This document shows, piece after piece, positions 28,711 to 36,708 of a stretch of DNA of 64,000 nt (position 1 is its first letter; each line of letters opens with the position of its first letter). Source of the stretch: an uncultured Gemmatimonadales bacterium (GTDB taxonomy: Bacteria; Gemmatimonadota; Gemmatimonadetes; Gemmatimonadales; GWC2-71-9). The stretch spans positions 1,760,001 to 1,824,000 of the forward strand of contig CAVYSW010000003.1 in the NCBI GenBank assembly GCA_963771275.1, written 5' to 3'. The notes beneath the pieces are model-generated. The model ran no database searches. It saw only the letters and a list, made by a program, of their open reading frames with translations, and was not told the origin of the DNA. The position numbers and the translations under genes are program-made.

Positions 28711-29894
28711 TGGCGTTCGAGGCAGTGGATTTCTACGACGTCGAGTCGCTCCTCAGCGAGGAGGAGCGCGCGGTGCGCGACACGGTGCGCCGGTTCGTCG
28801 ACGAAGCCGTGATGCCGATCATCAACGAGCAATACCTGGAGGGCGGCTTCCCCGTGCAGCTGGTGCCGCAGATCGGCGCGCTGGGCCTGCTCGGGGCGAA
28901 CCTGCCCGAGAAGTACGGCTGCGCCGGGCTCAACAACGTCGCCTACGGGCTGATCATGCAGGAGCTGGAGCGCGGCGATTCCGGGATCCGCTCGTTCGCG
29001 TCGGTGCAGGGCGCCCTCGTGATGTACCCGATCTTCACGTTCGGCGACGAGGCCCAGCGGATGCGGTGGCTGCCGCCGCTCGCGTCCGGCGAGATGGTGG
29101 GGTGCTTCGGGCTGACCGAGCCGGACTACGGCTCGAATCCCGCCGGGATGATCACGACGGCGCGGGCGACGCAGGACGGCTGGGTGCTGAATGGCGCCAA
29201 GATGTGGATCACGAACGGCTCGATGGCGGACGTCGCCGTGGTGTGGGCCAAAACCGGGTCGCTGGACGATGCGAAAGCAATCCGGGGATTCATCGTCCCG
29301 ACGGACACGAAGGGCTTCACCGCCAGGGACCAGAAGGGCAAGCTGAGTCTGCGGGCGAGCGACACGAGCGAGCTGGTGCTCGAGGACGTCCACGTGGGGA
29401 AGGACGCGCTGCTGCCCAACAGCGGCGGGCTCAAGTCACCGCTCAGCTGCCTGACGCAGGCGCGCTACGGCATTGCGTGGGGCGCGGTGGGCGCGGCGCT
29501 GGCGTGTTTCGACGAGGCGGTGCGCTACGCCAAGAACCGCATCCAGTTCGACCGGCCGATCGGCGGCTTCCAGCTGCAGCAGGCCCGGCTCGCCGAGATG
29601 CTCACCGAGATCACGAAGGCGCAGCTGCTTTGCGTGCAGCTCGGGCGGCTCAAGGATCGGGGCACGGCGACCCCCGAGCAGGTCTCGCTCGCCAAGCGCA
29701 ATAACGTGAGTATGGCGGCCGAGTGCGCGCGGGAGGCCCGCCGGCTGCTCGGGGCGAACGGGATCCTGGTCGAGTACCAGTCGATGCGGCACATGGCGAA
29801 CATCGAGAGCGTGTACACGTACGAGGGGACGCACGACATTCACACGCTCGTGCTCGGCCAGGCGATCACAGGGCTCAACGCGTTCGGCGGATGA
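28710..29894 (+). CDS. Acyl-CoA dehydrogenase (glutaryl-CoA dehydrogenase-like)
   Basis: ELERGDSGIRSFASVQ, GCFGLTEPDYGS, LNGAKMWITNG and YTYEGTHDIHTL motifs. Confidence 0.92.
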   Translation: MAFEAVDFYDVESLLSEEERAVRDTVRRFVDEAVMPIINEQYLEGGFPVQLVPQIGALGLLGANLPEKYGCAGLNNVAYGLIMQELERGDSGIRSFASVQGALVMYPIFTFGDEAQRMRWLPPLASGEMVGCFGLTEPDYGSNPAGMITTARATQDGWVLNGAKMWITNGSMADVAVVWAKTGSLDDAKAIRGFIVPTDTKGFTARDQKGKLSLRASDTSELVLEDVHVGKDALLPNSGGLKSPLSCLTQARYGIAWGAVGAALACFDEAVRYAKNRIQFDRPIGGFQLQQARLAEMLTEITKAQLLCVQLGRLKDRGTATPEQVSLAKRNNVSMAAECAREARRLLGANGILVEYQSMRHMANIESVYTYEGTHDIHTLVLGQAITGLNAFGG

Positions 29895-29979
29895 GCCGAT
29901 GGCCGATAGCCGATGGCCGATAGCCGACGGGGAATCACCAAGGACAGAACGGCTCTCGGCTAACGGCCAACGGCTAACG
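29895..29979. repeat. Inverted heptamer arrays (GCCGATR / CGGCTAA) at a convergent gene junction
   Basis: 5x GCCGAYR, a 20-nt spacer, then 4x CGGCYAA-like units. Confidence 0.72.
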
Positions 29980-32092
29980 TCTTCTCCAGGAACGCCGCCG
30001 TCGCCGAGTCCACCGTCACCGCGTTCTGATAGCGCATCCAGTGGTGCGTGTCTCCCGGGATCGCCAGCGCCTCGAACGGAATGCCCCCGGCAACCAGGCG
30101 GCGCACCAGGTCCACGCTCTGGCTGAAGCGTACGTTGCGGTCATCGTCGCCCTGAATCACCAGCACCGGTGAGTGCCACGTCGCCATCGAGGAGACCGGT
30201 GACGACTGCCAGGCGACCGCCAGCGCACGCGCGAGGTCGGCCGGCTCCTCGTAGCGCTCGCGGTTCAGCATGCCGCGCGCCCGCTCCGCGGTCCAGTCGT
30301 GCACGCCGTGCAGGTCCACGCCGGCGGCGAACAGGTCGGAGTTCCGCGCCAGCGCCATCGCCGTGAGGAACCCGCCGTACGACCCGCCGTAGATCCCGAT
30401 CCGCGCGGGATCCACGTGGGAGAGCGTGCGCAGGTATTCCGCTCCCGCCTTGACGTCCTGATACTCGGCCGCGCCGCGCGCGCCGGTTTCCGGCGGCTGG
30501 TGGAATTCGTAGCCATAGCCGATGCCGAGCCGGTAGTTCACCGACAGCACCACGAACCCGCGGCTCGCGAGGTACTGATTCATCGCGTAGCAGTTCGCGT
30601 AGTAGTCCGAGTAGTGCCAGCCCAACAGCATCTGCCGCGGCGGCCCGCCGTGCACGAAAATCACGGCGGGCTTCCGGGCCGGGCCGCCGGGCCGCTCGAA
30701 CAGCTGGGCGTGGACGGTGACGCCGTCCGGCGCGCGGAAGACGACCTGGGTCGGGGTCACGAGCTGCGCGGTCGGGAAGTCGGCCGGGATCCGGTCGGCG
30801 GCGAGCGTGCGCTGCGCGCCGCCGTCCAACGGCATCACGCTGACGAGCGGCGGGCGCTGGGCCGTGGCGCCGATGAACGCCATCGTCTTGCCGTCACCGG
30901 TGACGACCGGCGTCCACTCCAGTCCCGTACCCGGCGTCATGACCTTGGGGCTCGCGCGGTCCACCGGCACCTTCACCACGTGCCGCCGGTCGATGTCGAG
31001 CCGGTCGCTCCCCGCGTTGGCGGCGAACACCAGCCAGCGGCCGTCGGGACTCAGCGAGATGTACTCGGCCATGAAGTCGCCGGGCGTGAGCAGCAGCGGA
31101 TCGCCGCCCGAGTCCGCGATCGAGTAGAGATGCGGCCAGCCGTCCTGGTAGGACAGGAACACGATCCGCCCGCCGGCGGCCCAATGCAGGTTGGTCCCAC
31201 CCTGCGTCGACGGCACCGAGCCGCGCAGCGTTTCCGGCGCCTTCCACAGGCGCCGCGCGTCGCCGGTGGCCACGTCGGCCGTCCAGATCTCCCACGGGCG
31301 GTGACGCTGGACGAGCAGGGAGTCGGGTGCGCCGCCCGCGCCGGACGTCCGGATGAAGGCGATCCGAGTACCGTCGGGCGACCAGCGGGGCGAGCCGTCG
31401 CGCGCGAACGAGGGGGCGAGCCAGCGGAGCGGCGTCGCGTCGTTGGTGTAGACGCCGACGTACGCGTGGTCCCCGCGGCCCGACATGAATGCCAGGCGCG
31501 CGCCGTCGGGGGACCACTGGAGATCGCCGTTGCTCCCGCGGTCGGTGACGATCGCCTTGGCGGGCACGGAGCCGTCGAGCGCCACCGCCCAGATCTGGCC
31601 GCCCTTGATGAACGCCACGATGTCGCCCCTGGGGGAGATCGTGGGCTCGTCCCCGTCGCCGATCACTCCGGGCTCGCCGCCGTCGAACGGGACGGCCAGG
31701 ATCTGCACCTTGGGTGGAGTGGGGCTGGCGGTCACGTTCACCGGCAGAGCGTCGTCCCAGTTGGCGCCGTGGTCGCCGCCCCGTACGTACACGACCCACC
31801 GTCCGTCGGCCGAGAGGCTGACACTCGAAAGCTCCTGGCCGTCGTCGGCGAGGTAGCCGGTGAGGCGGCGCGCGGCGAACTCGGGTCCCTCGGCCACGTA
31901 GACGTTGCGGAGGCCCTGCTCGTTCATCGCCCACGCGATGCGCGAGCCGGTGGCGGCGGCGGTCAGCTCGTTGGGGAACGGGTAGGAGCGGACCTGGGCA
32001 ACCGAGAAGCCCGCAGCGGAACCGCGCTGAGCGGTGGCGGGAGCGACGCAGATCGCGAGGGAGCAGAGCGCGAGCGCCAGGCGGCGGAGCAT
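29960..32092 (-). CDS. S9 family (prolyl oligopeptidase/dipeptidyl aminopeptidase) serine peptidase
   Basis: Signal peptide; WSPDG propeller repeats; GIYGGSYGG, GDDDRNV and DTHH catalytic motifs. Confidence 0.93.
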   Translation of the reverse strand: MLRRLALALCSLAICVAPATAQRGSAAGFSVAQVRSYPFPNELTAAATGSRIAWAMNEQGLRNVYVAEGPEFAARRLTGYLADDGQELSSVSLSADGRWVVYVRGGDHGANWDDALPVNVTASPTPPKVQILAVPFDGGEPGVIGDGDEPTISPRGDIVAFIKGGQIWAVALDGSVPAKAIVTDRGSNGDLQWSPDGARLAFMSGRGDHAYVGVYTNDATPLRWLAPSFARDGSPRWSPDGTRIAFIRTSGAGGAPDSLLVQRHRPWEIWTADVATGDARRLWKAPETLRGSVPSTQGGTNLHWAAGGRIVFLSYQDGWPHLYSIADSGGDPLLLTPGDFMAEYISLSPDGRWLVFAANAGSDRLDIDRRHVVKVPVDRASPKVMTPGTGLEWTPVVTGDGKTMAFIGATAQRPPLVSVMPLDGGAQRTLAADRIPADFPTAQLVTPTQVVFRAPDGVTVHAQLFERPGGPARKPAVIFVHGGPPRQMLLGWHYSDYYANCYAMNQYLASRGFVVLSVNYRLGIGYGYEFHQPPETGARGAAEYQDVKAGAEYLRTLSHVDPARIGIYGGSYGGFLTAMALARNSDLFAAGVDLHGVHDWTAERARGMLNRERYEEPADLARALAVAWQSSPVSSMATWHSPVLVIQGDDDRNVRFSQSVDLVRRLVAGGIPFEALAIPGDTHHWMRYQNAVTVDSATAAFLEKTLAVGR

Positions 32093-32192
32093 GATGGACC
32101 ATCCTGCGGTTGGGGAGCGGCGGGAATGTACGCGGTGGGCGGGCGGCGTCGGAAGGAGGGTGCCTCGCGGTACCGTGCGCAGTCTCGGTCCG

Positions 32193-32855
32193 CTAGCCCT
32201 TCGGCTCCGGCGCGGGCGGCTCCGGCTCGTCGCCCAGGCCGACGAGGATGGCGTAGCGCAGCATGGCCCAGTCGCTGTCGAGCCCGATCTGTCGCCGGAT
32301 GGCCTTGCGGTGGTGATGGATGGTGTACGCGCTCAGGCCCAGGGTGGCCGCCATCTGCTCCGTGGTCATGCCCTGTCCGATCATCCGCACGATGGCCTGC
32401 TGGCGCGGCGTGAGCCGGCTGAACCCCAGCCGATCGATCTCGGGACCGCGCCGGACACGACGCGGCAGACGGGGCGAGAGGTAACGTCGCCCCTCGAGGA
32501 CTTCCTCGATGGCGGTGCGGAGCTCGTCGAGCGAGGCGTCCTTCGGCACGAAGGCGGAGGCGCCGAGGCGGATGGCCGCGTCCACCAAGACGGAGTCCAC
32601 ATGCATCGTGACCACCACCACGCGCGGCGCGGAGCTGATCTCCTGCAAGTCGCCGAGCAGGTCCATGCCGGTGCGGTGCGGGAGCGACAGGTCGAGCAGC
32701 AGCACGTCAGGCCGGTGTTCATGCACCGCGGCGATGACCTCGCGCCCGTCCCGCACGACCGCGAGCACGGTGTAGTCCTTTCCCAGCATCGCGCGCAGCC
32801 CCTCGCTGAAGAGCTCGTGATCCTCGGCAAGCAGCAGGCGTGGTTTGGCTCTCAC
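32193..32855 (-). CDS. NarL/LuxR-family response regulator
   Basis: LAEDHELF and LLLDLSLP receiver motifs; LTPRQQAIVRMIGQGMTTEQMA..LGLS HTH. Confidence 0.92.
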   Translation of the reverse strand: MRAKPRLLLAEDHELFSEGLRAMLGKDYTVLAVVRDGREVIAAVHEHRPDVLLLDLSLPHRTGMDLLGDLQEISSAPRVVVVTMHVDSVLVDAAIRLGASAFVPKDASLDELRTAIEEVLEGRRYLSPRLPRRVRRGPEIDRLGFSRLTPRQQAIVRMIGQGMTTEQMAATLGLSAYTIHHHRKAIRRQIGLDSDWAMLRYAILVGLGDEPEPPAPEPKG

Positions 32856-33625
32856 GGGTTCGCCTTGCCCGCCGGGACGCACACCGTGACGGTCGTCCCT
32901 CGGCCCGGCCGGCTCTCGATGCTTGCCTCGCCGCCCACCAACTGGGCGCGCTCCTCGATGCCGATGAGTCCAATGCCCCCGGTCCGGCGGCCCGCCGCCC
33001 TGGCAAACCCGCGTCCCCGGTCCTCGACGACCAACTCGATCCCCCGGGCGTTCTCGTGAAGCCCGAGCCAGGCCTCCGTCACCCCGGCGTGCCGCGTCAC
33101 GTTGCGGAGCGCTTCCTGCGCCGTGCGGAACAGCGTGAGGCTCGCCTCATCCGAGAGGCTCGTCGGGGCCGCCGGCAGGTTGAGGTGCACCGTGAGCCCC
33201 GAGGTCCGGAGCAGCTCCTCGGCGAGCTGCTCGAGCGCCGGGGCGAGCCCGACCTGCCCGATCAGGGTGGGATGCAGCCGATGGGCCAGCCGCCGCAAGG
33301 AGACCGCCATGTCCTCCACCTCGCCGAGGATCCCCGAAAGGTGATGGAGCTGGCCTCCGGAGAGGCTCGGCCCGGAGCGTTGTAACTCGTGCAGCTCGTG
33401 GGACAAGAGCGCCAGGCGCTGGATGGCGTCGTCGTGCACCTCGCGCGCCACGTGGGCGCGCTCCTCGTCTTGCGCCGCGAGCAGGCGTTGACCGTAGCTG
33501 CGGTGCAGGCTCAGGAGCCGGCGCTGGGCCACCACTACGGCGAGGCCGAGGGCGCCGACGAGGACGCCAACGGCGAGGACGGTGGCGAGAAAGCCCCACC
33601 AGAGCGCTTCGGCGGCAGCGGGCAC
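32852..33625 (-). CDS. Histidine kinase (HisKA_3/NarX-type) with one N-terminal TM and no sensor domain
   Basis: ERAHVAREVHDDAIQ H-box; QEALRNVTRHA, EDRGRGF and GIGLIGIEER boxes; start approximate. Confidence 0.88.
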   Translation of the reverse strand: MPAAAEALWWGFLATVLAVGVLVGALGLAVVVAQRRLLSLHRSYGQRLLAAQDEERAHVAREVHDDAIQRLALLSHELHELQRSGPSLSGGQLHHLSGILGEVEDMAVSLRRLAHRLHPTLIGQVGLAPALEQLAEELLRTSGLTVHLNLPAAPTSLSDEASLTLFRTAQEALRNVTRHAGVTEAWLGLHENARGIELVVEDRGRGFARAAGRRTGGIGLIGIEERAQLVGGEASIESRPGRGTTVTVCVPAGKANP

Positions 33626-34251
33626 AGCACTCCCCGGGTGATGGCGGCGAACGCGAGAATGTCCACGATGGCTTTCAGGTTGAACGCGGACAGAAGCAGA
33701 TCCCCGCGGCCGACGCGTACAAGATACCAGGCGAGGGGTTGCTGCGCCGTGGCCGTGCCGGTGAACAACATGATGCCGCCCAGGATCCAGAACCAGTCCT
33801 GGCGCAGCAGCCGCCCGCGCTCGGCGAGGCTGCGCGTCATGAAGGTCCAGAGCGCCGCGAAGAACAGGACGAGCGCGTGAAATGGCGCCGTGATCAAGCT
33901 GTACATCCGCGGGTCGTCCACGCCGAGCGTGAGGCCCGCGCTGACCAGCACGAACAGGGGGATCGCGATGCGGAGCGCGAGCCGGCCGGTCGCACCGCGG
34001 TGCCAGCACGACAGAGCCCACAGTGCCACGGCTCCGCCGAGCGGCATGAACAGGTAGCTCACCCAGAGGTTGTTGTGACCCCGGCTCCCGAGGGCGAGGG
34101 AGATGCCGTCACTGGCCGCCTGCAACAGGCACCAGGCAGTCACCCAGCGACGCGGGGCGGTGACGAGCCGACCCCATGCGACGCCGAGCAGCGGCGGCAG
34201 CAGCTGTGAGGCGGCCGCCGCATGCAGGATCCAGGGTGGCCTGGGCGGCAC
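33535..34251 (-). CDS. Polytopic (about 6-7 TM) membrane protein, candidate sensor partner of the kinase
   Basis: Successive hydrophobic helices; NNLWVSYLF and DWFWILGGIMLF segments; tightly packed between the small gene and the kinase. Confidence 0.75.
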   Translation of the reverse strand: MPPRPPWILHAAAASQLLPPLLGVAWGRLVTAPRRWVTAWCLLQAASDGISLALGSRGHNNLWVSYLFMPLGGAVALWALSCWHRGATGRLALRIAIPLFVLVSAGLTLGVDDPRMYSLITAPFHALVLFFAALWTFMTRSLAERGRLLRQDWFWILGGIMLFTGTATAQQPLAWYLVRVGRGDLLLSAFNLKAIVDILAFAAITRGVLCPLPPKRSGGAFSPPSSPLASSSAPSASP

Positions 34252-34255
34252 CGGC

Positions 34256-34570
34256 TCAGGGGCTCAGCTGGCTCGGGCTGCCGCAGAAGGGCGGACAGGG
34301 ATAGTGGAGGTCGAGCACGTCGCCGTCGGTCATGTCGTTGCCGCCCTCATCCACCCCGACCAGCACCAGCGCCGAGGCGCCGTCTTCCCGGCGGCCGTAG
34401 TAGAAGCGCATGGCTGCGCAGCCCGGCTGCAGCAGCAGCTCCTCGACCGCGGCGCGCGCGAACATCCCGCCGCGCTCGCCTTTCGGGCCGGCGGCATCGC
34501 GGTGACGACGTGTGAATTGCGCGGCGTCAGCCAGGGTGATGCGATGGTCACGCTTGGGAGGCAGAGGCAT
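34256..34570 (-). CDS. Small protein with a C-terminal PCPPFC motif (unknown function)
   Basis: RBS-like AGGAG upstream; HRITLADAA, QPGCAAMRFYYG, LVLVGVD..GND and YPCPPFC segments. Confidence 0.78.
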   Translation of the reverse strand: MPLPPKRDHRITLADAAQFTRRHRDAAGPKGERGGMFARAAVEELLLQPGCAAMRFYYGRREDGASALVLVGVDEGGNDMTDGDVLDLHYPCPPFCGSPSQLSP

Positions 34571-34645
34571 TGATGGGGTCTCCTGGGGAAGGACGTGCTC
34601 AACTCTGGTGCCAAGTGCCAGCGCCTGCAAGAGTTGCAAAACGCG

Positions 34646-34741
34646 ACTGCTACCAGTAGCAGGTCATGCACTGCTACCAGTAGCAGGTCGTGCACTGCTA
34701 CCACTAGCAGGTCGTGGGCTGCTACCACTAGCAGCTTGTGG
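34646..34741. repeat. Four tandem 24-bp units, each with the palindrome CTGCTAC-CA-STAGCAG; probable operator array
   Basis: Palindromes start at 34647, 34671, 34695 and 34719 (exact 24-bp period) in a divergent intergenic region. Confidence 0.88.
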
Positions 34742-34804
34742 AATCGCGCCGAACAGCCGAGCCTAGGCGTTGTGTCTCACGTGCCGAGTCCGTCCATCCC
34801 GGTC

Positions 34805-36568
34805 ATGGCCGCGGATCTTGGGCACGCCGCTGCTCGGCTGCATGGCCGGGCTGCTCGGCGTGCCGCCGAGCGTGCCGGGGTGCCACGCGGTGCGCTGGGC
34901 GTCGCGCTCGTCTGCGTGGCCATCGCAACGCTGTGCGTGGTGGCGTCCGGCGACGTGCTGCATCTCGCCGTCTCGCATCCCGAGCGGCTCGCGCCAGGCG
35001 ATATCCTGAGGGCCGTGGGGCTGCTCCTGAGCGCAGGGGCGGTGTTCTGCGCCGGCCTGTGGTACTGGTCCGGAGCCGTGCGGCGCTCGAGCGCCGCCCT
35101 CGCCGCGCGCGAGCGGCTGCTCGAGGCGATCGCTCGGGAAGCGCCGGTGGGAATCGTGGTGGTCGGGGGTGAGGACGAGGTGGTGTCCTGGAACGCGGAA
35201 GCCGAGCGTCTCCTGGGGTGGAGTGAAGCGGACATCCTGGGGAAGCCGATTCCGTGGCAGGGTGAGGACGGGACCGGGCCTTCGTGGGTCGGGCGGGTGC
35301 GGCAGGGCGAGCGCCTGGCGGACTCGGACGCGCGGCTCCGGCGCAAGGACGGCTCATGGATCGAGGCGATCGTGTCGGCGGCGCCGCTGACCGATGGCGG
35401 CCGGCACGTCGGCGTCGTCGCGGTGCTGGTGGACGTGACGCGGCAGCGGCGGCTGGAAGCACAGCTCCGGCAGGCGCAGAAGATGGAGGTGCTCGGTCAG
35501 GTGGCGGGCGGCATCGCGCACGACTTCCGCAACATCCTCACCGTGATGAGCACCGTGGGCGAGGCGATCCGCTCGCGCCTGCCGCCGGAAGCAGGCGAGC
35601 TGCAGGCCGATGTGGCGGAGCTGCTACGCGCCGCCGAGCGCGGGGCGACCATCACGCGGCGGCTGCTGATCTTCAGCAGGCTCGAGGAGCTGAAGCTCCG
35701 CCCCACGGATCTGCGCACGGAGGTGCAAGAGGCCGTGAGCGTGCTGCGGCGGTTGGTTTCGGCGACGATCGCGATATCCGCCGATCTGCCGCGCGAGGCC
35801 GTGCCCGTCAACCTCGATTCGAACGCCATGATCCACATCCTCGCCAACCTCGCGACCAACGCCCGCGACGCGATGCCCGACGGGGGACAGCTGCGGCTGA
35901 TCGTCCGGCGGGTTGCCGAGAACGGCGAACCGGAGCGCGCCGTGGTGGAGGTGGTGGACACCGGCACAGGCATGGACCCGGACACACTCGGCAAGGTGTT
36001 CGAGCCGTTCTTTACGACCAAGCCCGCGGGCATCGGCACCGGGTTGGGGTTGCCGATCGTCCAGGGGCTGGTGGTGGAACAGGGGGGAACCGTGAGCGTG
36101 GACAGCAGAGTGGGCCGGGGGACGACCGTCAGGCTGTTCTTCCCGCTCGCCCCCAACGTGCTCACCCGAGCAGCCGCGAGTCCCGGCGTGATCCGCGGCG
36201 GGAGCGAAGCGATTCTGGTGGTCGAAGACGAAGAGGCGATCCGCCGTTCCGCGCAGCGGGGCCTCGAGCGCCTCGGCTATACGGTGCTGGTGGCGGCGGA
36301 CGGTGTCGAAGCGCTCGCGCTGCTCCGCGCCGGCCAGCGGGTGGATCTCGTGATCTCAGATGTGGTCATGCCGCGGATGGGTGGCCTCGAGTTCCGCGAG
36401 CGCCTGCTGCAGGACGGCATCCGGACGCGATTCCTGCTGGCGAGCGGCTACTGGCCCGAAGAGCGCGGCGCGGCCCCGGTGCCGCCGCCGGACGTGCCGT
36501 TTCTCCCCAAGCCGTGGACGCTGAACGAGCTGGCGCGCAAGGTCCGAGAAGTGCTGGACCAGGAGTGA
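34805..36568 (+). CDS. Hybrid sensor histidine kinase (2 TM, PAS, HisKA, HATPase, REC)
   Basis: WNAEAERLLGW PAS; QAQKMEVLGQVAGGIAHDF; FEPFFTTK..G.GTGLGL; VVEDEE...SDVVMP. Confidence 0.92.
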   Translation: MAADLGHAAARLHGRAARRAAERAGVPRGALGVALVCVAIATLCVVASGDVLHLAVSHPERLAPGDILRAVGLLLSAGAVFCAGLWYWSGAVRRSSAALAARERLLEAIAREAPVGIVVVGGEDEVVSWNAEAERLLGWSEADILGKPIPWQGEDGTGPSWVGRVRQGERLADSDARLRRKDGSWIEAIVSAAPLTDGGRHVGVVAVLVDVTRQRRLEAQLRQAQKMEVLGQVAGGIAHDFRNILTVMSTVGEAIRSRLPPEAGELQADVAELLRAAERGATITRRLLIFSRLEELKLRPTDLRTEVQEAVSVLRRLVSATIAISADLPREAVPVNLDSNAMIHILANLATNARDAMPDGGQLRLIVRRVAENGEPERAVVEVVDTGTGMDPDTLGKVFEPFFTTKPAGIGTGLGLPIVQGLVVEQGGTVSVDSRVGRGTTVRLFFPLAPNVLTRAAASPGVIRGGSEAILVVEDEEAIRRSAQRGLERLGYTVLVAADGVEALALLRAGQRVDLVISDVVMPRMGGLEFRERLLQDGIRTRFLLASGYWPEERGAAPVPPPDVPFLPKPWTLNELARKVREVLDQE

Positions 36569-36708
36569 CACGCGCCCGAGCGCCTTTCCGGCATGGTACC
36601 CCGGGAAGGCGCTCGCTGGGGGGCTTGGTTCTCCCCCGGTGCGGTGCAGAGCGGCTCGGTCCAAGGCGGTCCATCGCCGAGGAGGGTATCAGGAAGAGGA
36701 GGTTTGTC

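Noticed and set aside
30299..32413. Long antisense and alternate-frame ORFs (also 2949-5348, 22060-24009, 27099-29393, 55509-58451)
   Set aside because: Typical stop-poor shadows of real genes in high-GC DNA, with no recognisable motifs.
34599..34613. Sigma54 promoter on the minus strand (TGGCAC-N5-TTGA)
   Set aside because: The -12 element lacks the conserved GC and no enhancer-binding protein is encoded nearby.
34646..34741. CRISPR mini-array interpretation of the palindromic repeats
   Set aside because: Linkers are only 8 nt and nearly identical, not unique spacers of about 30 nt; no cas genes are present.
35284..36708. 1543-aa ORF spanning the hybrid kinase and subtilase
   Set aside because: The upstream part is an Arg/Gly/Ala-rich shadow frame of the kinase; the real gene starts at 36709 after a strong RBS.
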